Shown piece by piece: positions 52,001-64,000 of a stretch of DNA of 64,000 nucleotides; within the stretch, counting starts at the first letter, position 1; every line of letters begins with the position of its first letter. The position numbers and the translations under genes were made by a program. Under the pieces are notes generated by a model. The model saw nothing but the letters and a program-made list of their open reading frames with translations, ran no database searches and was not told the DNA's origin. This stretch comes from Raillietiella orientalis (Eukaryota): NCBI GenBank assembly GCA_036172245.1, contig JAYWIR010000007.1:2232001-2296000 (forward strand). The letters are read 5' to 3'.

Positions 52001-53770
52001 TAATAAAACACCGAAGACATCCAGGATACCTAAAATACAGATTTTTTATGACAGTTTTATCTATTTTCGATGATTCCCCTTCTTATGTACATGAACGCAA
52101 TGAAACTACAGTATTAATCGCATCTTTGATTGCTTCAAACTTCTTCTGAAGACTTATAAATACTATTGTCGGTCTTTGGTTTTCCCGTGATGGAGGATCA
52201 TTTGTTTGAAGAATATGTTCTAACAGCATATGAGTACACTGAAGCATTTCCTCAATTTAATTCATTAAATATACTTGGAACGCAAGTCGCTGTAACCGAA
52301 TCCCACATTTACCACAGGTATCACCTGGTGAATATCTGCTCTTGTTGCTTTTCCATTAGAACAGCGAACATGGTCTCTCACGCTTTTTGAAGTTTATGGC
52401 AATGTTTTCTGGAAATGGTGCGACCAATAGATATTTCTGATAATATTTACTAAGTTTAACAAGTTCAGTAATTTTGAAATTCTTGGTACTTATAAGCTAC
52501 GGAGATCAGGAATTTTTGCGTATGAAGTTCTTAGTCCATTATTCTGACTTCTATGGATTTGAGATCGAAACCTCAAACTTCATCCATTAAAAAAACAACC
52601 GTGAAAGTCATATCCTGTTTTTGATTCTTTGTGAAAGCAGACTATCTAATCTTACTGTCTTCATTGCAAGTGATTAGATCCAGTTATGGGTAGATTCGAT
52701 AATGCTTTACAAAGATATTATCAGAAGATTGATTATGCCTCCTACTTTATCTTAATCTTTAATTTTTACTTCTCATTCTGTTAGAATTTTTCTAGTTCAT
52801 CCACTTTGTGTAGCTATTTGAAGTGACTAATGAATAAGTCATTATGATTAAGCAGGTTTTTCAAATGGCAGTATATGCCATTGAATCCCCCCTTGTTGTG
52901 TAAATTTTGGAGTACACAGTTTTCAGATTTAACTTATTGCTTATCCAATAATATATTATAATTCATCAGTAGCCATTTTGTTCTCGGTCTTTGTTCTCTG
53001 TTGCGTTGTAGGATATTCTTTGCAGTCTGTTATGGATGTGAACTAACCAGTCTATTGCAATGTAATTGTGTGATTTTGGTATATTATAGATAGATGTTAT
53101 TTCACATTATGCATAGATGAAGTATGCTCGTTTGGCTTTTTCTACTCGGTAACTCAGTATTGGCATCTGTTTTTTCCATGTTCATCATTTTCGATATTCA
53201 TCTTTCGAGCCTTATGCTATGTTTGCCAGACTTTTTATCGAGTTTGAGGATCTTTTGTTTGAGAGAATGCTTTGTCTATGATTAGTACACTTCTCTGTAA
53301 TACTTATAAGATAACAAATACTTTTTTCTTCTGTCGAGTTATTTGGTAGCCTCTTAAGAAATTATGCTGATGTTCTGTTGCGTTCCTGCAATTCTCATTA
53401 ATGGACTAACAGTTGTCAAACGGAAAGATTTTTTACTCTTTGGTAGTGTCAAAATATGGTGTTGACATTGCAAAGGATTCTTATTGGGATTTGCACTTTT
53501 CAAATGTTAACTCGCTTCTAGTTTCATTTCACCACTTTCTCGAATTAGGTATTTGCACAGTTATCTTTTTGTTTTCCGTTTTCAAACCCAAGTGTCTTCG
53601 AACTTCTCCAAGGAACAGTGCCATCTCCGATCCTTAAGAAAGGTTTGCTCTTCACCGCGTTTGATGCCTGTAACCCATCTTCCTTCCAAGAGGGATGAAG
53701 GCGAGCAACTGAAAGTAGCCGTGGCGGTGTAGTTCTGGGACTCTAGTCTCATGGCTTATTAAATAATCAT

Positions 53771-54445
53771 CTATAAGCTGATTAATACTCGTTTAGAAAA
53801 AAAAAGGGGGGGGGGAGAAAAGGAATGCCCCTCTCCCATCATGCATGCAATTACCAAAAAAATGCGCGTGTTTCGTATTTTCCGGTTCTCCTGTACATAT
53901 TGCAACTGGACGGCAGAAAAAATTTAAAAATTCCACGTATTTGACCTTTTTCGAGTCCTTCTGGGAAGAATCGATTCGAACACGTTCAGTTTGAATACAA
54001 CAGCCGTAAACGAAAATACCATATATGGTAATCACATTTTCTGTATAATTTTTTGTATAGTCTCGTGCATGGATGCCAATGATTTCATATTTAAGCGGCC
54101 CCGACTCGTATTGCGGGCACGGCTTGCAATGAAAAATGCTTTCCTATTCGTTATTCTATATTGTAATGTTTTTTTTTTTTTTGTTCTGTAAGGAACCGAG
54201 TATTATCCCATCTCATATTGCTAAGCATCCTTGTCTTCCTCTTCAAACGTTAAACTAATTTTCAAGCCAAGTTTCATATTATTGATCTGATGATTAGCCG
54301 TCCAGTTGCAATATGTACAGGAGATCGGGAAAATACGAAACGCGTGCATTTTTTTTTTGTACTTGCTTGCATGACGGGGGGGGGGGGGGGATTCCTTTTC
54401 CTCCCCCCCTTCCCCCTTTTCAAACGAGTGTTAATTAGCTTATAG
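53771..54445. mobile_element. MITE / non-autonomous DNA transposon with ~145-bp terminal inverted repeats
   Basis: Left arm 53771-53914 (CTATAAGCTGATTAATACTCGTTT...CTCCTGTACATATTGCAACTGGACGGC) is the reverse complement, with scattered mismatches, of right arm 54297-54445 (GCCGTCCAGTTGCAATATGTACAGGAG...AAACGAGTGTTAATTAGCTTATAG). The ~380-bp interior is non-coding. Confidence 0.9.
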
Positions 54446-55255
54446 TAAAGAAAAAGGAAAGAAAGAAAGATGGAGCGTGTTGCTGTTCTTGAGCGCCCGC
54501 GTGGACAGTTCGAGGGCACGAGATGTGGTCCACCCGGATCTTCCCCCCCTCCCCCCCCCGTTGCCAGTGTGCGCGCAGACGTCACGGATGCCGAGTTCGC
54601 TGCGGCTGGAGGAGCAGCGGAGGGCAGCAACGTAAATACGGAAATCGCCTTCCTGGTGTTGCTGCGTGTCCTTCCTGTCACGGTGTCGTCGTTTTCTCCT
54701 CCTCCTCCTCCCCCCGGTGTGTCCGGAGACGCAAGGCACCACCAGGTGTACGTGTTCCGTGCTCGAGGTCGGTCACCCGCAGACTCACCATGTGGTGCAA
54801 AGGACCGAACGTAATGTTAAACGAGTGCTTTCGTGGCCAACAATGCCCACCGAAAGGAAAAAAAAGGACAGAGTGCACTCAGTCGGTTTGAGGCCCGGCC
54901 TTAAATGTCGTTTTCGGGAGAGAGAGAGGAAAAAAAAAAAAAAAATGGCAGGAAAAAGTTGTTTATATGTACGTCCATGAATGCAAGGGAATGATTCATT
55001 TGCTGTATCTGTTCCACGGTTAGCCCCCCAAAAGATTAACTCTATGAAATCTCTGAACCTCGAAATGTGATGTGTTTTAAAAATGTATTTCTCTTAACTT
55101 TCAATCAATTTTTGAAAAAAAGAAAAAGAAACTTTGAAATTCAATACGATTTTTTTAAAAAAAAATGTTCGTATGATGTTTATTTTGCAACAGATAATTT
55201 TTTAAACCCAAGTTTCGCTATCAGCCATCATAGTTCATTATGACAGTACATAGCA

Positions 55256-56335
55256 ATGGAAGGAATTGGGGATGAAATCTGGATAGGTATTTTATCAGTC
55301 CTTGTAATATGTGTAGTTATAATCCTTCTTTATAAGAGGTATTTTAACGTTTATTTGAATGTTTTAAAGTGTTTTAATTGTGTCATTTTAGCTCCATTTC
55401 TTACTTTACTGGGAACTTTTTTACAGCAAACTCAAACCAACATTTTTTTCTTGGTGATGTATACAAAATACTAAGTTTTTGTGTGAATGTCTCAAACATG
55501 TCGATACATAATTAGTATTATATGAGATAATTTAGGATCCCAAATTAACTTTTTCATAGAGTAGTACTAGCATATTAGGAGTTATTTATTAACTTAATTT
55601 CAACTAACATGCAAAAAATATACTTATGCAGGACAACCTAGAATCATTCTACAAACAGATACTTGTCCCATATGCATTTCAACCCCCACACAAGCTGTAC
55701 AAACAAACTGTGGCCATCAGTTTTGTGGTAAAAAATATATGAGTACATTAAGCAGTATTTATCTAGAATGTGCCTGACAGGCCCATGTATGCTGTCATAC
55801 TGGAGTCACAGAAACTCAATGAACACTGTCACTTGTCCAGTTTGCAGACAGTCTGTAAGTTGAAAGACAGTAGGGATTGTAAGGACTAACAGTTTGATTA
55901 GATATCTTCTATACTTCCATGCTACAGTAGTGAAAATAACCGAAATGAGCATTCCATGGAATTATTGAGAAATATCCATGCTTACAACATATTGTTCTCT
56001 GGAACATTGCAACCTGTAAGATTAAATCATCTGTTTGTCTACATGATAGATTTTAACTTCATTCATAGGTGATATCATATTTGAGAGATGCACCTATTTT
56101 ACTAAGACATCTTTTTCATTCATTTTTTTCAATTGGAGGATTGGAATTTGTTTTCCGATTGAAAGTAATAGTGAATATGATTTTGGCAGTTTTGTATATT
56201 GTGATCCCACAAGATTTATTGCCAGAAGCTGTATTTGGCATTATTGGATTCATTGATGATGTTATTATTTTGCTTTTATTATTTATTTCAATGAGCATAA
56301 TGTATAGGCATTATTTAGCTTCCTCTCGTGCATGA
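55256..56335 (+). CDS. RNF170: E3 ubiquitin ligase RNF170 (6 coding exons)
   Basis: N-terminal EGIGDE + TM helix; RING CPIC..TNCGHQFCGPCMLSYW..CPVCRQ; YNILFSG; C-terminal DUF1232 YLRDAPILLRH..YIVIPQDLLPEAVFGIIGFIDD. Exons 55256-55338, 55392-55453, 55632-55727, ~55781-55854, ~55902-56015, 56069-56335. Confidence 0.93.
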
Positions 56336-58880
56336 TTTTAGAATGGAATTTTTGTGCTTCTGAAATTTCAGGATAATAAATAACCTTTTATCATATTTCA
56401 TTGTGGACATTGTGTATATTTTTGTGGAAATCCTGAAGACTATTACATGTAGCTTTTATCATTATAACATTATTTTAAGTGAAATGTAGCATGTAATGAG
56501 TGAAACATAATGAATTTTGTAATGTGTTTAGTTCAATATAACAGTAGATAAAAGTAATTTTAGTTTGAAAGTCATTTTATATGCTTTAGTATCTCAGAAA
56601 TTTACAGTATTGTTAAATATTATCATCGAGAAGTGAAATTACTGTCAAAGGTGCCACTTTCATTTTTTGCCAAATTTTGCATGCATACAAATTACGAGAT
56701 TTTAAATCCTTTATGATTCAAATAAAAAGCTTTTCAAACCTTTTTTCTGGAAATTCAGTTGGTTCTGCATTTGATCTTTGATCAATCCATTCCAGCTAAA
56801 AGCACATTATTCCTTGAAAATTTTCATCAGTACATTGTAATATGGCTAGAGCCAGTGTTGATGACCTCATTAAGACTAATCACTTTATACAGGCAGTACA
56901 TTGCAAGGTGCTTTCTAGATGTTTAAGCTTCCTGTCACTTTTGTTGAAATTCTTCGCTCATAGTAACTCATAGTGTACCAGAGGTTAAGCCTGGTTGCAA
57001 GCTGCAGGTAATGTAAAGTGAGTTGTAATATTTGTGGCTTGTTCAATGGGAAAACACAGGTCAGTTGTGAGGGACCAAAGAATGACATATGTTTCAGCTA
57101 TTGAACTGCGGTTTTGATATATGCAACAAAGTTTATACAATATCAGAGAAATGAATGCTTGGTATGTCACATCAGTGTATGTGATTTTCTGAAAGCAAGC
57201 AATCATGGTCTTTGGAAAAGGCTGAAATGCTTTTCTATTCCCTCACTATCCTGCAGCCTCCATAATTATGGAAAAACTATTTGAAGGAGATAAAGTTCGT
57301 AGATCTCTGTTCAACTCACTATTTCAAGATATTATTCATCCTAATTTATACAGAATGAATGAGAAGTGCCAGTTAATAAAAGTAAGTGAGGTGGAAATCA
57401 TTGCAACCATTCCAAGATAATAGTTAGTTTAGTTAACATGTCCTCTTCTGTTTATGTTATACAGTAATGAGATACTTTCAAAAATATATCCTGTTCTTTC
57501 TTTTTGCTTAAAGTGAAATATAGGTCAGATTTTATTGTATGCATTATCAATTACTAACTGTTCCCATTATTACTGTTAAAAGTTGCTACAACTAGTAGGT
57601 CTTTTGGTTGTGTAAACCAACGTTTCGGGTAAGCAAATTTAACAGCAGTTCAACATGTTCAACTTTGTATACTAGAAATGCTCATAAAAAAAACTACAGC
57701 TACTAGAAATACTCGCACTCGCATTGCTCGTCCGAAGATGTTTCACAAAGGCAACAAATAAAGGCAAATCGTCAAGCTAGCTACAATCAAATATTAATTT
57801 TCTTTTAATGAATTGCCACTGTGCGTCGCCTCCTTTCAAAAAAAGAAAAGAAGCGTAACGAAGTCGCTTCCGTTTATCACGACCTAGACTTGAGTTTCGT
57901 TAACCAGCTTCCACAACATGGCCACCAAACAGTAGCAATAGATATAATGGACATTGATTAGCCATAAATGACATGAAGCTGTCCAGATTGGTTTGGAACG
58001 TACAAGTCTGCACACTGAGAAATTAAAGGGCATTGACAGGGCTGCGAGTGCTCACGATGTTCAATTATTGTCATTTTGAAATTTCCTGTCATTGTTTTTT
58101 TTTTCCTTTTTGAAGTACACTACAGTTGCTCCCAGTTCATTCAGTACATTTCTTTTCTTGTTCTTAAGCGCTTACTAATCATTGTATTCACTGAATTCCA
58201 CGCTAGCATAAGATTCTTTGAAATTAGTTCTTATGAACAAGGATGAAATTCAGAGCGCTTCTCAAGTGTAAATTTTGATTCTATGCTTTCATGAATTTCA
58301 TATGTTTGGAATGTGTTCCTAGGTTTTCAGCCCTTTCTCACTTCTAACCGATAAGCTTGTTTGTGGGACTCCTTCTAATGCCTATATTATTTGACTGCAC
58401 CTTGATTTGAACAACGGTTTGGCTTATTTTTTGCTTCTAGAAAGCCCAATGCATGGCACCTTCATAATTTTACGAGGTCTTTATCATTATTATTGGAACA
58501 AAATTATTCGCGTATTTGCCTTTGAAAGTGCTTTCTGATACATGCTTTGAAATGGACAGTTACTTCATTATGACGAACTTTATGGACCTCAGTCGTAGTA
58601 ATCACTTTTTGGAAGACCATTCCGGTTTCGAAAACTCTTTTTGAAGCTGAAATTCTTATGCACGTTGTGCAGCTAGACATCGGTCAAGACGGCCCTGTTC
58701 GATTAATTTGCAGCGCAAGATTTTAAAGGGAAAAATGTTTTAAGTTGCTATTCGAAGCCCACTTTTGTGAAATGTAACCATGCATTCATCAGTGGATTTG
58801 CTTTGCTTCCATGTACTTATTAAGCACTAGAATGTTGATTATTAGTGAAAATAGGATGTCAAAGTATTAAGGATTTAGCC

Positions 58881-58912
<32 letters not shown>

Positions 58913-60395
58913 TGCACGTTCACCTATGCATGAATTTAGATCAGCAGATTTTATGTATCCGTTTTTTCTGTGGTTAGTGTTCTTTTATTTCTAAGAATTA
59001 CGGATGAAACTTGTAATATTCTCTTTACCTTAATGAAAATCTAAGTAACTTTTCCTTCTTAAATATGAAATGTCTGCAAATCTAATCTTCTAATCTGATT
59101 ATCATAAATGCCATGCATATATATCCAGAAGAATGCAGTAAAGTCACTGAAACCTAAAAATCTGTCTTCGTTGCATGCGGAAAAACAATTTTCAAAAGGA
59201 CTAAGAACAAATTTCGAGACAGTTTTGAATATCTACGATATTGGCTAGAGATTTCTAATCATATCCTGGAGAAGAAAGAAAGAATGTTTGTGGGCTCATA
59301 AAGAAAAAAAGAGTTGTAGACTCATTTGGATCCCACACAAGCTGATCCCACATACTCTTCGTGAGGCAGCGATTTATTGACTCTGGAGAGCTCAGGTCAT
59401 GTTGGGTTCGTCCTCGAACCGAAGATGCAAAAATTGTCTTATAGAAGCTAAGGAAGTAAGTACGTTATGAGAATTTCCCTTTGTAAGACGTCTTAAATTA
59501 GCTTGAGTGCTTAGAGATTCCAGGAGGAATTATCTTGATGGAAGCATCGGAGAATGTGCTTCAAAGAGTTATGGCCAACACTGCCTATTTGGCGGTCTGA
59601 AGTTGAAGTCGGTAGTCGCGAGCTTTTTTCCCGTACGCGTTCAGTCGAAGGGTCATCGTGTGCTAAGGAAAAGGTTTTTGTGGGAAAAAGTGCATCGTGG
59701 TTTTATGCAAAGAAAACCACGAAATCCAGAAATGTTTCCCCAAGTACTCATTTTTGTAATTCTTAGCTTTGGATTCAGTAAAGTTATTAGCAAAAGTTTT
59801 TTTGTAAGGTGAAAATTCCGTGCCTGCTTTTCCCATCAAAGATGTAGTGTTTGTATATAATATCCGAGTACTCGAACTTAACAAAACATCTTAAATGAAA
59901 ATAATCTGAGCATTTCTTAAACTTAGCAGAAAACCCTCTACTCACGAATGAGTACAACTCCATAAATAGAAGTATGATATAAATATTGGTTTTATCACTT
60001 ATAATTATGTTACTGGCAAGAATTATTTTGGATGAAAATTGTGGGTTGTCGATCACGTTTGACACAATTGTAGCCACGTATTTTCCGATGAGTTGTTTGA
60101 TGCCAAGTTCTGAGTTATTTGCTTTCTTGTTTTTTTTCATTTTTTCACCCCATTTTGAGTTCGTTATATTAGGCTCATTTGCTGATTTGTGTAGTGTCTC
60201 ACGCGTATTTGATATCATCGACACTTAGATGATCATTAACTGTTGCTTTATGAATATGCTAAAACAATTGAGATCTAAGCAATACAATCCAATGTACTGT
60301 TGATAAAGTGACTTGAAACAATAGACACAACTTTCGAATGGCTATTCAAAATAACTAAAAATAGTTTATCTAAGGAACACTGACAAATTTCAAGA

Positions 60396-63300
60396 ATGCA
60401 AATGAAGAATAAAGTGAAGACATTTAACGGAATAGAAAAATATTTTTTTAAAAGTAGTGAAACTGAAAGTTTTGAAGCAGGTACGTGCTTTTCAAAGCAT
60501 GCAAAGTCATCAAGCTTGCAGGTAATTTAAAAATTTGCACTATCCATGAGCAAACGTTATTTCAGCAGAATAATTTTGAAGACTTCATCTCAGTACAGCG
60601 TTTACATAGAACTAGCCTATCAGATATTGCTATAGAGAAATCAGTTAATTCTGATGATAGTCCAGGTGAAGTTTGCAGTGAGAATTTCTCTAAAAGTAGC
60701 ATAACTGATAGAGAAAATGGAGTGGAATCCATCAAATTTCAGAAGCTGCTACTAAAGAGTAAGGAGATGAGTTCTTCCAATTTTTTATTCTTTTCAAGAG
60801 AAGAATGCTGTTGTAAGGAGAAAGTCATCAGATGGTCAGAATGTTTACCAGAATCCGTTGACCAGCAATGAAGGCGAGTTCACTTTATTTGTTCCAATTT
60901 TTTTTTTACATTTATCAATAAAATGATGAATATTCACCTGGAAGAAATAAATAATTTCTTATGATATCATGATACACTTTGATCGCTGAAAATAAGTTAG
61001 TATTCAGAAAAAAGTTAATGTAGTGTAACAAGTAAAATGTAACACTTGAGTTTTAAACTTAGAACATGTTGATGCAACCCACATGGATACTGGTTTGAAG
61101 GGAACAAGAGCAGTAGGGAAACGTCATGCAGCTGTTTGTGCCCTGAAGAAAATACAAGCATGTCATAAAAGAACAAAATTTCAAGAAACCAAAAACGTTA
61201 AAAGTTTTATACCTGTGAGGCTAAATCAGTCATCTGTTAAAACTTGTCCTGGTCCATCTTCACAGTGTAAGATGTGGAGGGTACATTTTGATTCCCTCCA
61301 TGACATGCAGCAGTCTTGACCAAACAACAGAACCATGTATTGGCATATAATTGTGATCAACAGGAAAAACAGAAGTTTTTATTTAGTGGGCTTCCTGAAT
61401 CAATACTGAAATATCAGAATAAGTTTAGCATGTAAGTAATTCTGAATTTGAAATTCATGCTTGTGAAGGTCTCAACTTAAATTGGTAGAAAACTTTCCTG
61501 CCATCAGTCATATTCAACAAAGAGATGATAATCCTTTTTGGCATCTTCAAAGTGTATCACTTCCTTTATTAAATGATTTGACTTTTGTAATAACCCAAAT
61601 CCCAGAGTGGAAGTGCATGAATTTGGATAGTGGAGAGGTGTTTTCCCTAATAATAACTGATTTTGTAAAACAAGAGACAAAGTATGAATCTGTAAAGCAG
61701 ATTGTAGCCTCTGCGTGTCCTCAGTTCCCTTGGCAACACTGGTGGAATGTGCTAGCTTGTCAGAAACAGAAGTTTGAATGTAGACAAACTAAACAGTCTT
61801 TAAATGCTGTTGACATATCGCATGAATTTCCAAATGAGGCAGTTACAAAGCCAGTAGCATGTGCTACATCAAAGTCACTTACTGGGTTTTCTCCTATGAA
61901 CTGTACCACTCTAGATGAGAGTAAAGTTACTTCACTTCGGTTATGGGTAGATAAGTACCATCCACATACAACTGATGAATTCTTGGGAAATGAAAAAGAA
62001 TGGCAGCAGTTTTCATCTTGGTTGCAGGAATGGCAGGGTGTGCACACATTTGCAAGTAGGTCCATCAGATCATAGAAGCAATCTTGAGACTTCTGTCAGG
62101 TAATAATGAAGACTCATCTGATAGTGCAGAGGGAATATGTACTGTTGCACAGTTAGTAGGGCCTCATGGAATAGGAAAGACTGCTATTGTGCATGCTATA
62201 GCTGAACTGCACGGGTATCATGTAAGTAGAAATTTTCTGTTTGCCATTTTAGGATTACTGGTTCCCTTTTAGGTATTGGAAATGAATGCTGGAATGTGCC
62301 GTTCAGGAAAATCTATTCAGCAGCACTTTAGAGAAATTACGCGAGTATGTGGATTGCATACAGACCTTAAGACATTTTTGTCACAGGCAGCAACTGAGGA
62401 TAAGATGCAAACAAATGTATCTACTCGTCTCTTGGTTTTGTTTGATGAGGTGAGTGTGCTTATTTGCCACATTACTTACCTGTTCATAGGCGGATATCAT
62501 TTTCGATCATTATGATGAGGGATTCTGGCATGCAGTCAATGTTATGGCTTCTACTTCTCATTGTCCTATTGTCCTCACCAGCAACCATTATTGTCAACTA
62601 AAGCAGCCTCAGCATGTGATCCAGCTGCAACCATTAGACATCAATTTTACTGGTAGGTCCTGCAGCAAGCCTTTAAATGTTTAGCTTAAGTTGCTTAGCT
62701 TGTTATTTGCTCGTAATTGCATCTTTGGAGGGTGTGAGCTTATCTTGGCAAGAAGCTTGCATATTAGTATCAGTGTGTCAGTGTGACTTGCGTCATGCTA
62801 TTTTGATGCTTCAGCTGTGGATGAAAGGATGTCCCCAAGAGGTACATTATGAACAGAAAGTTTAGTGGGTTTTATTCTCTTTATTAAGGGCAGTGATGCA
62901 TCCTTGATAGAATTTTTGCTTCTGGCTGAAGGATTCCTTTGCTCAAAAGCTTCCAAGGTAGAATCAAGTGTTCAAGATAAATTTTTATTCATTTGTAGGC
63001 AGTTATTCAGAGCAATAATGTTGCACTACCTTCTTCAAAGGATCTGCATTTTGTTGCGTTATTGCATGCTAATCTGGAAAGACTCTCCTTACCTACACTG
63101 CATGTGCCTTCTAGTCCTCAGTCACAAACTAAGAATGATAAACATCAATTAAAAGCAATTGCTGGAGAAAGAAATTCACTTCAAGGCGAATTATGCTGCA
63201 TGGCTTTAATGTTGGATTCATTTTCGATTTCTGATTTGAATTCCAATAGTTATCGAACATGCAGCTGGGACTTTTCTGAATATTATGCCATCTTAGGCTG

Positions 63301-63646
63301 CAGTGTTGGGCTGCACAAGTTTGGCATAACTTCATTCTGTCATAAAACTGGTTTTCACCATGCTAGTCCAGCTGCAAATTGGTAAGTCTGTAGTGTTACC
63401 AGTATTAACTTATGTAAATCTTTTAGTGCACAGTCTTGGTTGGCCTCTTTGAAGGAAGGCCAAGATGTCATTCATTGTGATTACATGCCTTACATACGGC
63501 AAATGCATCGAGCAGAAGTCCATCGTGCTTTATTGAATGATAGACATACTAAGCGCTTTTGTCATTATCTTTATGACAAAGGCATAGTCTTGGATGCTGA
63601 AAAAGCTGGATTGCTTTATTCTACTTTTTCATCCAAAGAGAGTTAA
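60396..63646 (+). CDS. ATAD5: ATAD5/Elg1 alternative clamp-unloader large subunit (compact orthologue)
   Basis: IEKYFF N-terminal motif, FLFSGLPE, FPAISHIQQ, LWVDKYHP..EFLGN, Walker A GPHGIGKT, EMNA..RSGK, Walker B LVLFDE|ADIIFD..DEGFW, CDLRHAILMLQLW, DYMPYIRQM..RFCHYL. Stop TAA at 63644-63646. Confidence 0.92.
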
Positions 63647-64000
63647 TGTTGAGTGCTGTTGTTAAACAAAAGAACACTGAATTGATGTAATCACAAAGAT
63701 ACTCCAAAGCCTGGGAATCTTCCTAAAATAAAATCTGGTTCTATCCATGTGAAGCTGAATACAAGCCAGTTATTATGCAATTATGTAATTGTCACAGACA
63801 TATGAACTGTGGAATCAAGAATAAAAAGAAGATAGTAAAGCAACAGTTTTTTGGAAATTTCACAGCGTATTTAAAAATCTGCTTCGATATTTATCTAACA
63901 TCTGGTAATAAAAATGCCAGTGCATATGGATTCATTTCTCATGAAAACCATATTTTATGAGGACAATTTTTATGCTCAGTGTAATTAAGTTCCAGCTGGC

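Noticed and set aside
59787..60224. 145-aa minus-strand ORF upstream of ATAD5
   Set aside because: Non-ATG start, no recognisable motif and no splice support.

Overview
Eukaryotic genomic DNA, most likely from an arthropod: the DIDO/pps gene has the arthropod-type N-terminus and BRK domain, and the U2 fragment has the invertebrate-type AAA. I reconstructed seven intron-containing housekeeping genes by hand: DIDO1/PHF3/pps (+, 8199-19265), ANAPC13 (-, 27535-28067), ATP synthase gamma (-, 29615-~31491), histone H3.3 (+, 39304-39760), GNL3/nucleostemin (-, 46125-~49010), RNF170 (+, 55256-56335) and ATAD5/Elg1 (+, 60396-63646). Most introns are very short (about 40-55 nt) and many lack a polypyrimidine tract. 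GC-richer islands of decayed transposons lie between the genes: a Utopia/NeSL-type RLE retroelement remnant (~2.7-3.5 kb), two 5'-truncated L1/Tx1-like elements with target-site duplications and no poly(A) tail (22.75-23.37 kb and 35.43-36.98 kb), and a MITE with ~145-bp terminal inverted repeats (53.77-54.45 kb). The most notable unexplained structure is a U2 snRNA 5' fragment (37151-37189). It stops just after the branch-point-recognition sequence, where the U2-targeting retroelements Utopia and Keno insert, and is fused to a ~600-bp insert flanked by direct repeats. All calls come from reading the sequence and remembered family motifs; no searches were run.
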